A DNA stretch of 64,000 nt. It comes from Dendrobates tinctorius (lineage: Eukaryota). Shown piece after piece: positions 11,530 to 25,562 of this stretch. A model generated the notes under the pieces. That model searched no databases, was not told the origin of the DNA, and saw only the letters and a list, made by a program, of their open reading frames with translations. The position numbers were made by a program, and so were the translations under genes. The DNA is taken from NCBI RefSeq assembly GCF_039654945.1, contig NW_027361754.1, forward strand, positions 61,938,001-62,002,000, given 5' to 3'. The stretch's first letter is position 1, and every line of letters begins with the position of its first letter.

Positions 11530-14500
11530 TTGGGGGTTTCCACTGTTTGGGCACATCAGAGGCTCTCCAAATGCAACATGGCGTCTGATCTCAATTCCAG
11601 CCAATTCTGAGTTGAAAAAGTCAAATGGTGCTCCTTCCCTTCCAAGCTCTGCTATGCGCCCAAACAGTGTTTTACCCCCTCATGTAGGGTATCAGCCTAC
11701 TCAGGACAAATTGCAAAACAATTTTTGGGGTCCAATTTCTCCTGTTACCCTTAGGAAAATAAAAAATTGGGGGCAAAAATAGCATTTTTGTGGAAAAAAA
11801 TGATTTTTTTATTTTCACGTCCGAGTGTTATAAACTTCTGTGAAGCACTTGGGGGTTCAAAGTGCTCACCACACATCTAGATAAGTTCCGTGGGGGGTCT
11901 AGTGTCCAAAATGGGGTCACTTGTGGGGAGTTTCAATAGTTTAGGTACATCAGGGGCTCTCCAAACGCACATGACACCCGCAGACCATTCCATCAAAGTC
12001 TGCATTCCAAAACGTCACTGCTTCCCTTCCGAGCCCCGACGTGTGTCCATACAGTAGTTTTCTTCCACATATGGGGTGTCAGCGTACTCAGGACAAATTG
12101 GACAACAACTTTTGGGGTCCAATTTCTCCTGGTACCCTTGGGAAAATAAAAAAAATGGTGACTAAAAGATCATGTTTGTGGAAAAAATACGAATTTTTTA
12201 TTTTCACGCCCGGGCGTTGTAAACTTCTGTGAAGCACTGGGGGGGTCAAAGTGCTCACCACACATCTAGATAAGTTCCTTGGGGGGTCTAGTTTACAAAA
12301 TGGTGTCATTTGTGGGGGGTTTCCACTGTTTAGGTACATTAGGGGCTCTCCAAAGGCAACATGACACCCGCAGACCATTCCATCAAAGTCTGCATTCCAA
12401 AACGTCACTACTTCCCTTCCGAGCCCCGACGTGTGCCCATACAGTAGTTTTCTCCCACATATGGGGTAGCAGCGTACTCAGGACAAATTGGAAAACAACT
12501 TTTGGGGTCCAATTTATCCTGGTACCCTTGGGAAAATAAAAAAATGGTGACTAAAAGATCATGTTTGTGGAAAAAATACGAATTTTTTATTTTCACGCCC
12601 GGGCGTTGTAAACTTCTGTGAAGCACTGGGGGGGTCAAAGTGCTCACCACACATCTAGATAAGTTCCTTGGGGGGTCTAGTTTACAAAATGGTGTCATTT
12701 GTGGGGGGTTTCCACTGTTTAGGTACATTAGGGGCTCTCCAAAGGCAATATGACACCCGCAGACCATTCCATCAAAGTCTGCATTCCAAAACGTCACTAC
12801 TTCCCTTCCGAGCCCCGACGTGTGCCCATACAGTAGTTTTCTCCCACATATGGGGTATCAGCATACTCAGGACAAATTGGACAACAACTTTTGGGGTCCA
12901 ATTTCTCCTGGTACCCTTGGGAAAATAAAAAAATGGTGACTAAAAGATCATGTTTGTGGAAAAAATACGAATTTTTTATTTTCACGCCCGGGCGTTGTAA
13001 ACTTCTGTGAAGCACTGGGGGGGTCAAAGTGCTCACCACACATCTAGATAAGTTCCTTGGGGGGTCTAGTTTACAAAATGGTGTCATTTGTGGGGGGTTT
13101 CCACTGTTTAGGTACATTAGGGGCTCTCCAAAGGCAACATGACACCCGCAGACCATTCCATCAAAGTCTGCATTCCAAAACGTCACTACTTCCCTTCCGA
13201 GCCCCGACGTGTGCCCATACAGTAGTTTTCTCCCACATATGGGGTATCAGCATACTCAGGACAAATTGGACAACAACTTTTGGGGTCCAATTTCTCCTGG
13301 TACCCTTGGGAAAATAAAAAAATGGTGACTAAAAGATCATGTTTGTGGAAAAAATATGAATTTTTTTATTTTCACGCCCGGGCGTTGTAAACTTCTGTGA
13401 AGCACTGGGGGGGTCAAAGTGCTCACCACACATCTAGATAAGTTCCTTAGGGGGTCTAGTTTCCAAAATGGTGTCATTTGTGGGGGGTTCCACTGTTTTG
13501 GTACATCAGGAGTTTTCCAAACGCGACATGGTGTCCGATCTCAATTCCAGCCAAAAACGTCAAATGGCGCTGCTTCCCTTCCGAGCTCTGCCATGCCCCC
13601 AAATAGTGGTTTACCCCCACATGTGGGGTATCAGCGTACTCAGGACAAATTGCACAATAACTTTTAGGGTCCTGTTACCCTTGGAAAAATAAGAATTGAG
13701 GGTGAAAAGATCATTTTTGTGGAAAAAATATGATTTTTTAATTGTATGGCTTTATGTTATAAACTTCTGTGAAGCCCATGGGGGTTCAAAGTTCTCACCA
13801 CACATCTAGATAAGTTCCTTAGGGTGTCTAGTTTCCAAAATGGTGTCATTTGTGGGGGGTTTCCACTGTTTTGGTACATCAGGGGTTTTCCAAACGCGAC
13901 ATGGTGTCCGATCTCAATTCCAGCCAAAAACGTCAAATGGCGCTGCTTCCCTTCCGAGCTCTGCCATGCGCCCAAATAGTGGTTTACCCCCACATGTGGG
14001 GTGTCAGCGTACTCAGGACAAATTGCACAATAACTTTTAGGGTCCTGTTACCCTTGGAAAAATAAGAATTGAGGGTGAAAAGATCATTTTTGTTGAAAAA
14101 ATATGATTTTTTAATTGTATGGCTTTATGTTATAAACTTCTGTGAAGCCCATGGGGGTTCAAAGTTCTCACCACACATCTAGATAAGTTCCTTAGGGGGT
14201 CTAGTTTCCAAAATGGTGTCATTTGTGGGGGGTTTCCACTGTTTTGATACATCAGGGGTTTTCCAAACGCGACATGGTGTCCGATCTCAATTCCAGCCAA
14301 AAATGTCAAATGGCGCTGCTTCCCTTCCGAGCTCTGCCATGCGCCCAAATAGTGGTTTACCCCCACATGTGGGGTATCAGCGTACTCAGGACAAATTGCA
14401 CAATAACTTTTAGGGTCCTGTTACCCTTGGGAAAATAAAAATTGGGGTGAAAAGATCATTTTTGTGGAAAAAATATGATTTTTTAATTGTACCGCTGTAC

Positions 14501-14830
14501 GTTATAAACTTCTGTAAAGCCCTTGTGGGTTCAAAGTTCTCACCACATATCTAGATAAGTTCCTTGGGGGGTCTAGTTTCCAAAACGGGGTCACTTGTAG
14601 GGGGTTTCCACTGTTTAGGTACATCAGGGACTCTCCAAACGTGACATGGCGTCCAATCTGAATTCCAGCCAATTTTGCATTGAAAAAGTCAAACGGCGCT
14701 CCTTCCATTCTGAGCTCTGCCATGCGCCGAAACAGTCGTTCCCCCCCACATATCAGGTATCTGCGTACTCAGGACAAATTGCACAATAACTTTTGCAGTT
14801 CAATTTCTCCTGTTACCCTTGGTAAAATAA
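11530..14830. repeat. Paired tandem repeats, type A (389-390 bp) and type B (373 bp), order ~B-A-A-A-A-B-B-B-B
   Basis: CATCAAAGTC recurs at ~11991/12381/12770/13159; TCAATTCCAG at ~11591/13541/13914/14287; repeated ORFs in the track show the same periods. Confidence 0.9.
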
Positions 14831-16138
14831 AAAAAATTGAACCTGAAGTATTTTTTTTATGAAAAAAAGTTAGATGTTCATTTTTTTTTAAATATTCAAA
14901 AAAATTCCTGTGACGCACCTAAAGGGTTAATAAACTTCTTGAATGTGGTTTTGAGCACCTTAAGGGGTGCAGTTTTTAGAATGGTGTCACTTTTGTGTAT
15001 TTTCTATCATATAGACCCCTCAAAGTGGCTTCAAATGTGATGTGGTCCTAAAAATAAAATGGTGGTGTAAAAATGAGAAATCGCTGGTCAACTTTTAACC
15101 CTTATAACTTCCTAACAAAAAAAAATTTTGGTTCCAAAATTGTGCTGATGTAAAGTAAACATGTGGGAAATGTTAGTTATCAAGTTTTTTGTGTGCCGTA
15201 TCTCTGTGATTTAGGGGCATAAAAATTCAAAGTTGGAAAATTGCGAAATTTTCAAAATTTTCGCCAAATTTCCGTTTTTCTCACAAATAAACGCAAGTTA
15301 TTTGAATGAAATTTTACCACTAACATGAAGTACAATATGTCACGAGAAAACAATGTCAGAATCACCGGGATCCATGGAAGCGTTCGAGAGTTATGACCTC
15401 ATAAAGGCACAGTGGTCAGAATTGTAAAAATTGGCCCGGTCATGAACGTGCAAACCACCCTTGGGGGTGAAGGGGTTAAGGAAAAACGTGAATTACTCTG
15501 CAATAAAACATTGGATCACCGATATTAAGGCATGACCTACGTGCCCATATAGATGGCCCAGGAGGGTTGATCCTGCTGACAGATTCCCTTTAATGCTGAA
15601 TAATTATATAACATGATGCTGACTACTCGCACATGGTGCATGGTGCATACTCCATATGCTATGGAGTTGAAATCCGCATCAAAATCTGCACGTGTTTTAG
15701 GCATATTTGTAGTGGATTTTGATCCAGTATGGCACATAATGAGTGTGGCCACGACACAGGTTACCCCACCGAAGACCCCTGTATGCCGCTGCTACATTCC
15801 AGCAAAATGCAAGGCCATGGGGTCGCTTAAATTGTGCAGCGATTCTGCAACATGCACGTTCTTGGACTCTTAGCAGGTCCTGCACAGATGTCATATGGCA
15901 TGCAACACATAGCTCACGTATATCTCTGTGTCTTCGTAGCTTGTGCCAATTATTAAGCACGGGGGGCCTGGTAGACCCCACAGCCTCTTCCACTACTGCA
16001 GCTTATGCCTATGTCATGCACAATGGCCTTCCTGTACGTGTCACCTATGTACTCATGCGCATTGAATTTTGTACTATTTCTTTTATTGGATGTGTGATAA
16101 AATTCAATGGACAAAATATTCTATTAATTTTTTTCTAG

Positions 16139-16254
16139 TGGGTCTCGTAGAAAGTAGTTCAAATCCATCTGGGGTCCAGCTTGTCAGCACCTATCAAACC
16201 AATCGTATAGGGGACCCCTCCAACCTTGTGGAACTGGCTCAGCAGGTGCAAAAG
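16139..16254 (+). CDS. C1orf50: C1orf50 exon 2 ([38 protein letters not shown])
   Basis: TTTTCTAG acceptor, AAG|GTCAGT donor; resembles human [38 protein letters not shown]. Confidence 0.9.
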
Positions 16255-16942
16255 GTCAGTATTATAGGTAGTAATAAAATGCCAAATTTCATTAACTCCC
16301 TCTTAGTATTACTGGCGCTGCACTGAAGTATCCGAGTATTTCCTGCATTTATTCAGTCTCGCTGCCTAAGACTATGTTCACACCCTGCCATTGTATTATT
16401 TTGGTTCACATTTCTGTATACGGATAGTTTTTGTACAATTAAGATAAAAATAAAGAATTATTTGGAAAGCCACAATATGGATGGCCATAGGTTACCCTCT
16501 AAGGCTGTGTTCACATGTTGCATTTTTGCTGCGTTTTTTTTCATGTAAATTTTGAGCTGCGTTTTACAGCCACCATCAAAGGCTATGAGATTTCCGAAAT
16601 CTCGTGCATACACATTGTTTTATTTTTCCTGACTGATTTGGAAAACTGCTGCATTTTTGCAAACTGCAACATGTCACTTCTTTCAGCGTTTTTTTTCACC
16701 CATAGAAAACAATGGGTAAGGGCAAAAACGCAGGTATGGGGTATACTGTGTTTTTGGTGCAAAGACCTAAGAAAGTTCCTTTTTTGGGAGCCACTAAACT
16801 TTATCAGCATGCAGAAGAGACAACAAAATAGACCCCATCTTCTAATGGGGTCTATTATACCTGCCAATACATGCATGATCCAAACCATGGGGGCCATACA
16901 CCCGTGCCCACTGAGCCTCCAATAAGCAAATCAGTTGAGAAC

Positions 16943-18630
16943 ACTCTATCATTACTCCATTATTAAAGAAACCCGCTCTCGACCCATCCTGCACAAACAA
17001 CTACAGACCAGTCTCCAATCTCCCCTTCATCTCTAAACTTTTGGAGCGCCTAGTTTACTCCCGCCTTACCCATTACCTCTCCACTCACTCCCTTCTAGAC
17101 CCTTCACAGTCCGGCTTCCACCCCCCTACATTCGACTGAAACTGCACTCATCAAAGTGACCAATGGCCTTCTGACAGCAAATGTAACGGTGACCACTCTC
17201 TGCTCATTCTTCTCGACCTATCTGCAGCTTTCGACACTGTTGACCACCATCTCCTACTCCATAGGCTCCAGTCACTATGCATTAAGGACATCGCTCTCTC
17301 CTGGTTCTCCTCCTATCTTTCTGACGGCTCCTTCAGTGTTTTGTTCTCTGGCTCCACGTCATCTCCTCTTCCTCTTGCTGTCGGGGTACCTCAGGGCTCA
17401 GTCCTTGGCCCCCTTCTCCTCTCTCTCTACACGACCCCAATTGGACAGACCATCGGCAGATTTGGCTTTCAGTACCATCTTTATGCTCATGACACATAAC
17501 TATATACGTCATCCCCCGACCTTACCCCCGCTGTACTACAGAACGCCAGTGACTGTCTGTCCGCAGTCTCCAACGTCATGCCGCTCTCTATCTGAAACTC
17601 AACCTCTCCAAAACTGAACTTCTTCTGCTCCCGCCATCTACTAACCTCCCTAAATCTGGTATTTCCCTCTCCGTGGGTGGCACCACAATAACACCCCGGC
17701 AGCAGGCGCGCTGTCTGGGTGTTATGCTTGACACCAATCTCTCCTTCACATCCCATATATACAATCTCTTGCCCACTCTTGCTGCTTACACCTAAAGAAC
17801 ATCTCTAGAATCCGCCCGTTTCTCACCATGGAAACAACAAAAACCCTCACTGTCGCATTGATCCACTCCCGCCTGGATTACTGCAACGTTCTATTAATTA
17901 GCCTCCCCGTCACTCGACTTTCCCCTCTCCAGTCCATACTTAATGTTGCAGCCAGGGTCGTCCATCTGGGTAATCGGTACTCGGACACGTCCGCTCTTCG
18001 CCAGTTCATACATTGGCTACCCATTCATTATAGGATCCAATTCAAAGTACTTGTTCTCACCCACAAAGCTCTCCACAGTGCGGCACCCCCCTACATCTCC
18101 TCCCTCATTTCTGTCTATCGGCCTAACTGACCGCTGCGCTCTGCAAAAGACTTTCGACTAAGCTCTGCACTAATCCGTACCTCCCACTCCTGACTCCAAG
18201 ACTTCTCCCGCGCTGCTCCAATCCTCTGGAATGCTCTACCCCAAGAAATTAGGACTATCCACAATTTGCATAGTTTCAGGCACTCTCAAAACACATCTGT
18301 TCAGAGCGGCCTATCACGTTCACTAATCAGTCATTTCATGTGTAAGGGTGCATGTGTAGTCCATTCACTTTCTCCATCCATCCTTCACTCCCTCAAGATG
18401 GCTGGACCATCATTGTAAATACACCATTGTAAATACACACCTGTACTTTGTATCTCCCCCACCTCATTGTAGATTGTAAGCGCTAACGAGCAGGGGCGGC
18501 TTATTTCGGCTTATTTTGCTTTAATTATTGTATTATTAACGTTGTTACTTATGGCTTGTGTTTGAAACTGTTAAACTGTAAAGCGCTGCGGAATATGTAG
18601 GCGCTATATAAATAAAGATTATTATTATTA
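16943..18630 (+). mobile_element. 5'-truncated L2 LINE (degenerate RT)
   Basis: [50 protein letters not shown] (YADD), HSRLDYCN, HWLPIHYRIQFK; (ATT)n tail. Confidence 0.9.
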
Positions 18631-19067
18631 GAACTGACCTGTCCTTATTTATAGGAATTGTCCACATTTGGGGTAAATTATTATTTTTTTACTGCTTATT
18701 TTTCAATCACCTTGCACCATTTGCTTCTATTGTTGGCTTCAGAATGAGTTAATCGAGAATCCATCAGTGAGCTCATTCTGATAGTTTACTTTTTTTTTTA
18801 ATCTGTCTTTTTCTGAGCTCCTATCAGCTGATTTATGACGTCAGACCACGCCATAGTTGAATGTGCAGGAAAATAAAGAGCCTGTAAAAGCCAAACGGTG
18901 GAACATTTTCAACGGGATCCAATTGCAAAAATCATTATCTAGCCCCATAGACAGGCATATAGGGACCAAAAAACAAAAATGTCCCCAGAGGTGGATGAAG
19001 GAGCGATTGGACGTGTTCTGGTCTGGGAGCACACATTTTTTTTCCTTTCTTCTCTCCCATCCTATAG

Positions 19068-19184
<117 letters not shown>

Positions 19185-19582
19185 TAGCGAGGGATGGCGT
19201 ATTGCTAGGATATGATATTATTTTCAGAATGATGGGTCTGCAGCGCTAAGTAAAGCATAATCTAAACTATATAAGATATTAAATGTAGATCCTAGATCTG
19301 ATAAGACTGGTGCACTTACTTTGAAATTGCAAGTCAGAATGACTGAATAAACTTTGTGTTAAAAAATGAACTTTTTTATGAGGAGCTCGTTTTAATTTCA
19401 ACAGCCAGTCTGACTGGATTTTCAAAGTCAGTACAACAGCTTCATCAAGTCTAAGAGTTATTGAATAATATGTACAGCTTATTTCGTGAAAAATGAAGGC
19501 TAAATCAGATCTATAAAAGTGATTCTGATGACTCCTGCTTCATTGACAGGCTTCATCAAAGCGATTTTTACCTGATTTTTAG

Positions 19583-19825
<243 letters not shown>

Positions 19826-20218
19826 TAGCCGAGAGACATGCAGCCGCGGGGTCTCAAACATAGTATTCAAGCATGCCGAAGACACTCAGCACCCGAGCAT
19901 GCTCAGATAACACCTTATCCTAGTTTATTCCCTCATCACTAATTATGGCACCTCCACTCAGGAGGTGATCAAGGCCGTCAGGTCTATTGATACCTTCCGG
20001 GTAGCATGTGTGAGCAGCGGATATTGGGCACTTGTCCTATATGTTAGAATAAGACAGATCCATGATGCCCGCCAATCATGCAGATGTGAGTAGACGTGGC
20101 GGCACCGGCCATGTTCACCTCCCAAACAAAACTGAACCGGAATACCCCTTTAATTCTCATTGGTTTATGTAATATTCACTTACCTGGTGTATGGATCCGA
20201 TAGATCCCAGAATGCTAA

Positions 20219-20633
20219 GGGCCTTTCAGACATAGCGAGATCGCTAGTGATAGCGCTAAAGCGTCATTGATTTTGTGACGCAACAGCGACATTGCTAGCG
20301 ATCTCGCTTTGTGTGACACGTACCCGTGACTGGCCTGCCCCCCCCCCCCCCCCGCCCCGCCGCTGGATATCGCTGATCTCGCTCGAATGTCCTGGCCCAT
20401 TTTTTCCTTGCTGGCGCCAACTAGCGATGCATGGACGCAAGCGGAAGCCGACATCATCGCTGCGGTGTGACAGGTAAGAGCGACTGCTGACGGATCACTT
20501 ATCGCTGCTGTGTCGCTGGTGAGATCTGCCTGTGTGGCAGCTCACTAGCGACCATTTAGCGATACAACCCGGTCAGGATCGCTGGTGCATCGTTGTCGGG
20601 ATCGCTGGTGCATCGCTAAATGTAACGGGACCC
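20219..20633. mobile_element. Harbinger-like MITE (AGCGAT-rich family), copy 2, inverted
   Basis: GGTCAGGATCGCTGGTGCATCG core and terminal TGTAACGGGACCC shared with 1930-2333. Confidence 0.65.
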
Positions 20634-20634
20634 T

Positions 20635-20795
20635 TAGAGTTGGACGGGACCTCCAGAGTCATCGTGTCCAACCCCCTATTCAATGCAGGAGTCACTAAAC
20701 CATCTCAGGCAGAAGTCTGTTCAGCCTCTGTTTGAAGACTTCCATTGAAGGAGAACTCTCCACTTCTCGTGGCAGCTTGTTCCACTCATTGATGA
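20635..20795 (-). mobile_element. CR1 3' end fragment
   Basis: Reverse complement resembles the CR1 3' end at 24780-24940; a shorter similar piece lies at ~850-905. Confidence 0.6.
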
Positions 20796-21028
20796 TCAGT
20801 GGCCATAAAAGTTACCAATGTTTTCTGTAATCCCAGAGGAAGGTTGTATTGGTGGGGCTGGCTCCTGACAGAAGCCCTGTGGGACAGAAAGCGGAGGGGT
20901 ACTGTATACAGATCCATATACTACGCAGCTCGCATCCACAGATGATCCCAGGTGAAGGAGCAGCCATGAGCAGGAGCAGATTGGTTTTGTACGTCATTAT
21001 TTTTTGTCTTTTTTTTCACCCTTTATAG

Positions 21029-21214
<186 letters not shown>

Positions 21215-22992
21215 CCTGACCTTTGTATGCAAGGACGTCTGTGGACCCTTTACCAAACCAAGGCCTTATCTCCTCCCCGGTCCCATGGACGGCAATCCCT
21301 TACCAGCAATAGGATCTAGTGATTGATCTTAAATAAGACCTCACTATATAGAGAATACTGCCTATAAATGTATGTATTTGGCGACGATGGCCGAGACTAC
21401 AGACCCGATTTTGTGTCCTAATATGCACATTTTAATGGTTTTATGTTGACAAAATCACATTTTCCACTGACATTTTTCAGTTTAATTGGTTTTATAAAGC
21501 TGGACATACCTAATAATTTTGTGTACCTGGTTACCCATTTAAAAGGGTATATCAATGGCTACGTGCTAAGATGGAGAGGGTGGTCTTCATCCTTCTTACT
21601 GGTATAACTGCAGAATGTAAGCCACTTATTTTATGAATTGAAAGAGGGGGTGCAGGTTTTGTTTTTCTGTGGTCTTTTACTTAGTCATGAGACAGGAAAG
21701 TTTTGTATCCCCCCGTCCCCCACCACCGTATCCTTAGTAAACTAAATATATGCAAGGAGAACAATCAGTTTTTTTTTTTTTTCTTTTCTTTTATGTATTA
21801 AAACTTATCAGATCGAATATTTAGAGAAGCTTTTTAAAAGGTTTTTAAAGACCGCAAATATATTTTCAATCCTGCAATTGGCAATATATTATGGTTACAA
21901 ACTTCTGTTATGGCCATAAGTCATTCTGGAAGGAAATGAGTGGATCGATTCACAGGACTTTGGTCCACAGTTCAGCCCAATTGTGGCTAATAAAAAGCTG
22001 TGCCGGAAGGTAAGATCTTCACGCGGCAGAACCAGAACAGGCAGATAGCTAGGAATTGCCTGCCAGTACACTCTTAGCCACACAGCAAAAAAAATCCAAA
22101 AGTCCCAGGTTACCCCCTTTAAGACTGGCACGTGCTTTGGCAGTCTTAATGTATCACCCCTAAAACTTGCAGTGACCTTCATAGTCAGAGCAGCACCTAC
22201 CCTGAGACTGAGCAGCTGCGCACAGACATGGTCAGGCAACATAGTCATTGATTCCCTGGATAGAAGTGCTGTATATTGTTGACACGTTGCGTTCTAGTGC
22301 CCTCTGCTGGACAAAACAGTGTACAACTACTCACAGACTGAAAAGAGAACAAGGTTTGGGTACAACAGAAAACTTTATTTTTCCTAATAATTTTGTCCTG
22401 CATGGAGAGTTATAAAATGCTGCAAGTCACTTTAATAAGGGATTTGTCTTGTAAAACAATTAAAAAGACTGCATGCAAGTGGATTTAAAAACCCTCCCCT
22501 GCTCTTCTCCAGTCTATTTGCCTTTATTTGACCGGATATCAGAATGTACTTATTTGGAGTACCCTTGCAGGCAGTGAAAGTCGACTCAGCACCGGTGTCT
22601 CACTAAGCCCAAGTTCAGATAAACAACATACAAACACCAAAGATAAAGAGGTATATAGGGAAGGGTAGGAATGTACCAACCGAATGGGATAATGAGGAAA
22701 GCATACACTCAAACGGCATGCAAAAATCTCTAGTAGTAACAACGATCTCCTATTCAGCAGAGTGTTTTGGAAGAAAAGCTTTCACAGGCAAGACAGAGAA
22801 GGTCTGGACAGGTTTTATAGGGAGAGGTAATGACCAGATCAGAAGCAGCTGAAATGGAGCTGCAAATTTCTGGCCAGCATAGAAAGGGGACTCGTTAACC
22901 TCTTCAGCACTAAAAGAAACCAAATCCATTTAATATGGGACACAAAGGCTAAATGGAAGATCTGTGATTCACAATACTGTAGTGATCTTCTA

Positions 22993-23400
22993 ACAAAGAG
23001 AGATGAAGTGAACGTTCCAGCTCCTTAAAAAATCTTCGAACTTTATTGATCCATATCAGGAAAATTAGTGCGGTAAAAACTCCAATACCAGTGTTAATAT
23101 GAGGGGTTAAAGTGACGCGTTTTGGTCTGCAACCAGATCATCAAAGCTTTGATAAAGATCTGGTTGCCGACCGAAACGCGTCACTTTAACCCCTCATATT
23201 CACACTGGTATTGGCGTTTTTTACCGCACTAATTTTCCTGATATGGATCAATAAAGTTTGAAGATTTTTTAAGGAGCTGGAAAGATCACTTCATCTCTCT
23301 TTGTATGTACCTCATTCCATCAAGACGGCGTTCCATGCAGCTGCGTGTTTTGTCGGTGAGCTGACTGTGGTTTTCAACCACGTTACTTCATTTATTAGTG
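22993..23400. mobile_element. Penelope-like inverted terminal-repeat palindrome (22993-23304) with hammerhead-like motifs
   Basis: ~155-bp arms mirrored about AAGCTT (23144-23149); TTGATAAA-stem-GAAACGCGTC motif; AATAAA in the arm; GGTGAG donor in the flank. Confidence 0.55.
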
Positions 23401-23681
23401 TTCTTCTAACCCCAGATCTTCCAGGACATGGCACATTCATAACAATTATGTTGGGTCGTATAAAATATGGTAGCAGGACCCCTTAAGTCTTCACTCCAGG
23501 TGCACTAACAGCTCAGCGATACATTGATTTAGACATGGAACAGTGATACGGCCACAGAGAGAAGAGGCGCCGGTCCAATAGCTCATCAATTCCCTCTGCT
23601 TTGGAGGTGGAAATGGGCCCTCTTACCTTTTAGGCTCCTGTGCGGCTGCTCAGGTTGTACCAATGTGTCTGACCTTGGGTA

Positions 23682-25015
23682 TGACCATTTCTCCAAAGTG
23701 TCCCAGGAGCTATTTTTTGACCCGACAATGCCAGGGCGCATATTGCTGTTGCTACTGTGAGTAGCCTGTGTGGCCTAAATGTGCTACCATGGCCTGCAAT
23801 GTCTCCCACATTGACTAAAATTTCACAGGAGCTGCCATCAATGGATCTTGATGATTTGCCCAAGTGCATTCACCACGGCAGAACATTCCTCACACAACCA
23901 TTAATAACCTCACTAATAGCAGCCAAGGCTCTATGTGCCAGGATTTCTGTACATGGCTCATACTCCAGACAAAATAAATTGAAATGTCATGAAAATGTAG
24001 GTACCTTTTTTATCATGTGCCGATCATTACCATGCTTTTGATACAGTATCTCATACTATCCTTATTGAAAAAATGTGGTATTGACAAGGCTACGGTTAGG
24101 TGGATTTATAACTGGCTCAGTGATCGGACCCAAAGAGTGGTAATAAATGGCTGCACATCCAGTTGGAAGAACGTCTCAAGTGGGGATATGCAACTAACAG
24201 AATGGTTTTTAACAGGGAAAAATGCAAACTACTCCATCTGGGCAAGAAAAATGAAAACAACATACACAGAATGGGAGGAATAGGGCTAAGCAGCAGCACA
24301 CGTGAAAAAGACTTGGGTATACTAATAGATCACAGACTGAATATGAGTCAATAGTGTGATGCAGCAGCAAAAAAGGCAAACAGTTCTAGGATGTAACAGA
24401 AGCATGCAGTCTAGATCACGTGAAGTAATTATCCCCCTCTACTCCTCTTTGGCCAGACCTCATCTGGAATATTGTGTCCAGTTTTGGGCATCACATTGTA
24501 AAAAAAAGACCAACAAACTGGGGCAAGTTCAAAGAAGAGCGACCAGAATGGTGACCGGTCTGCAAACCCTGTCCTATGAGGAACGGTTGCAGGATCTGGG
24601 AATGTTAAGCTTGCAAAAGAGAAGACTGAGAGGAGTCTAAATAGCTGTCTACAAATATCTGAGGGATGCCACAGTGTAGAAGGATCATCTTGATTTCCAT
24701 TTACACATGGAAACACGAGAAGCAATGGAATGAAGCTGAAAAGGATTAGACACATTAGATATTAGAAAAAACTTTGACAGTTATCAATAAGTGGAACAGG
24801 CTGCCACGCGAGGTGGTGAGTTCGCCTGGAAGACTTCAGAGGCTGGACAGACATCTGACTGGGATGATTTAGTGAATACTGCATTGAGCATGGGGTTGGA
24901 CACGATGGCCCAGGAGGTCCCTTCCACCTATAACATTCTATGTCTATCCATCCTGTGAGTTCCATGATTTCACAACTCTTCCTTCCTGGTGGTGCAATCT
25001 GAATGTTTCGGAGTG
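23682..25015 (+). mobile_element. Tc1/mariner relic interrupted by CR1
   Basis: AIF*PDNARAH and VLPWPAMSP match Tc1 FQQDNARPH / WPSQSPDL motifs; ends GAGTG|TA. Confidence 0.65.
24033..24942 (+). mobile_element. CR1 LINE 3' fragment with internal deletion
   Basis: [57 protein letters not shown]; ATTCTATG terminus. Confidence 0.9.
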
Positions 25016-25562
25016 TAATCACTCTTGCGCCAGCATTCTCTTTTTCTATATAAACTGGGGCCTAGGTATATTAAATGCAGCAGAATTTTTATGTAATTTG
25101 GGCCAAGAACTGTCTTTTTTCGTTGCACCTTACTTACTATGTGTTAGACACTTTCTACACCTTGTCTAAAAAGGAAGCGTGATCTCACTTAAAAGGGCTG
25201 CAATTTGTCAGAAAAGGGACATAACCTAACATGCAGCACTATGCACCAAAATTTTAGCAAAAATTTCTAGCAAAGAGAGACAACTAATAAGTGGTTGTAA
25301 AATTAGACAAGACAGTCTAAAAGGGACTATCGGCACAAACCAAGCACAGAAGCTCGGTGCAAACCTTCCAACCTTCTTGTTTTCCCTTAATATCCGCTAC
25401 CCTCTTCTTCAACTGACAGCACAGACTTCATAGACTCAGAAAAGGGCAAAGATATCTGGAAAGTCATTCTGTGCTGGCAGTCACTATAAGAGACTGTCAT
25501 CCCAAACCAACAGCATAATCCAAGGATGTAGGGGATAAAGATCCTATAAAGTCACACCTTAA

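Larger units (their letters stand above)
9917..15475. mobile_element. 5.56-kb non-autonomous TTAA transposon (piggyBac-type ends; Xenopus Tx1-like architecture)
   Basis: TTAA|CCCCTTC ... GAAGGGG|TTAA; no transposase ORF; internal telomeric tract and two classes of ~380-bp tandem repeat. Confidence 0.8.
9577..15589. mobile_element. Palindromic T2/Kolobok-type MITE split by the 9917-15475 insertion
   Basis: Left arm 9600-9745 is the reverse complement of 9868-9912 joined to 15480-15552; right end TGACAGATTCCCT|TTAA. Confidence 0.65.

Noticed and set aside
12041-14862. Repeated 86/129-aa ORFs as a tandem gene family
   Set aside because: By-products of the 389/373-bp tandem repeats; non-ATG starts; no recognisable domain
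22277-22995. Possible solo LTR next to the palindrome
   Set aside because: LTR-like composition only; no TSD identified
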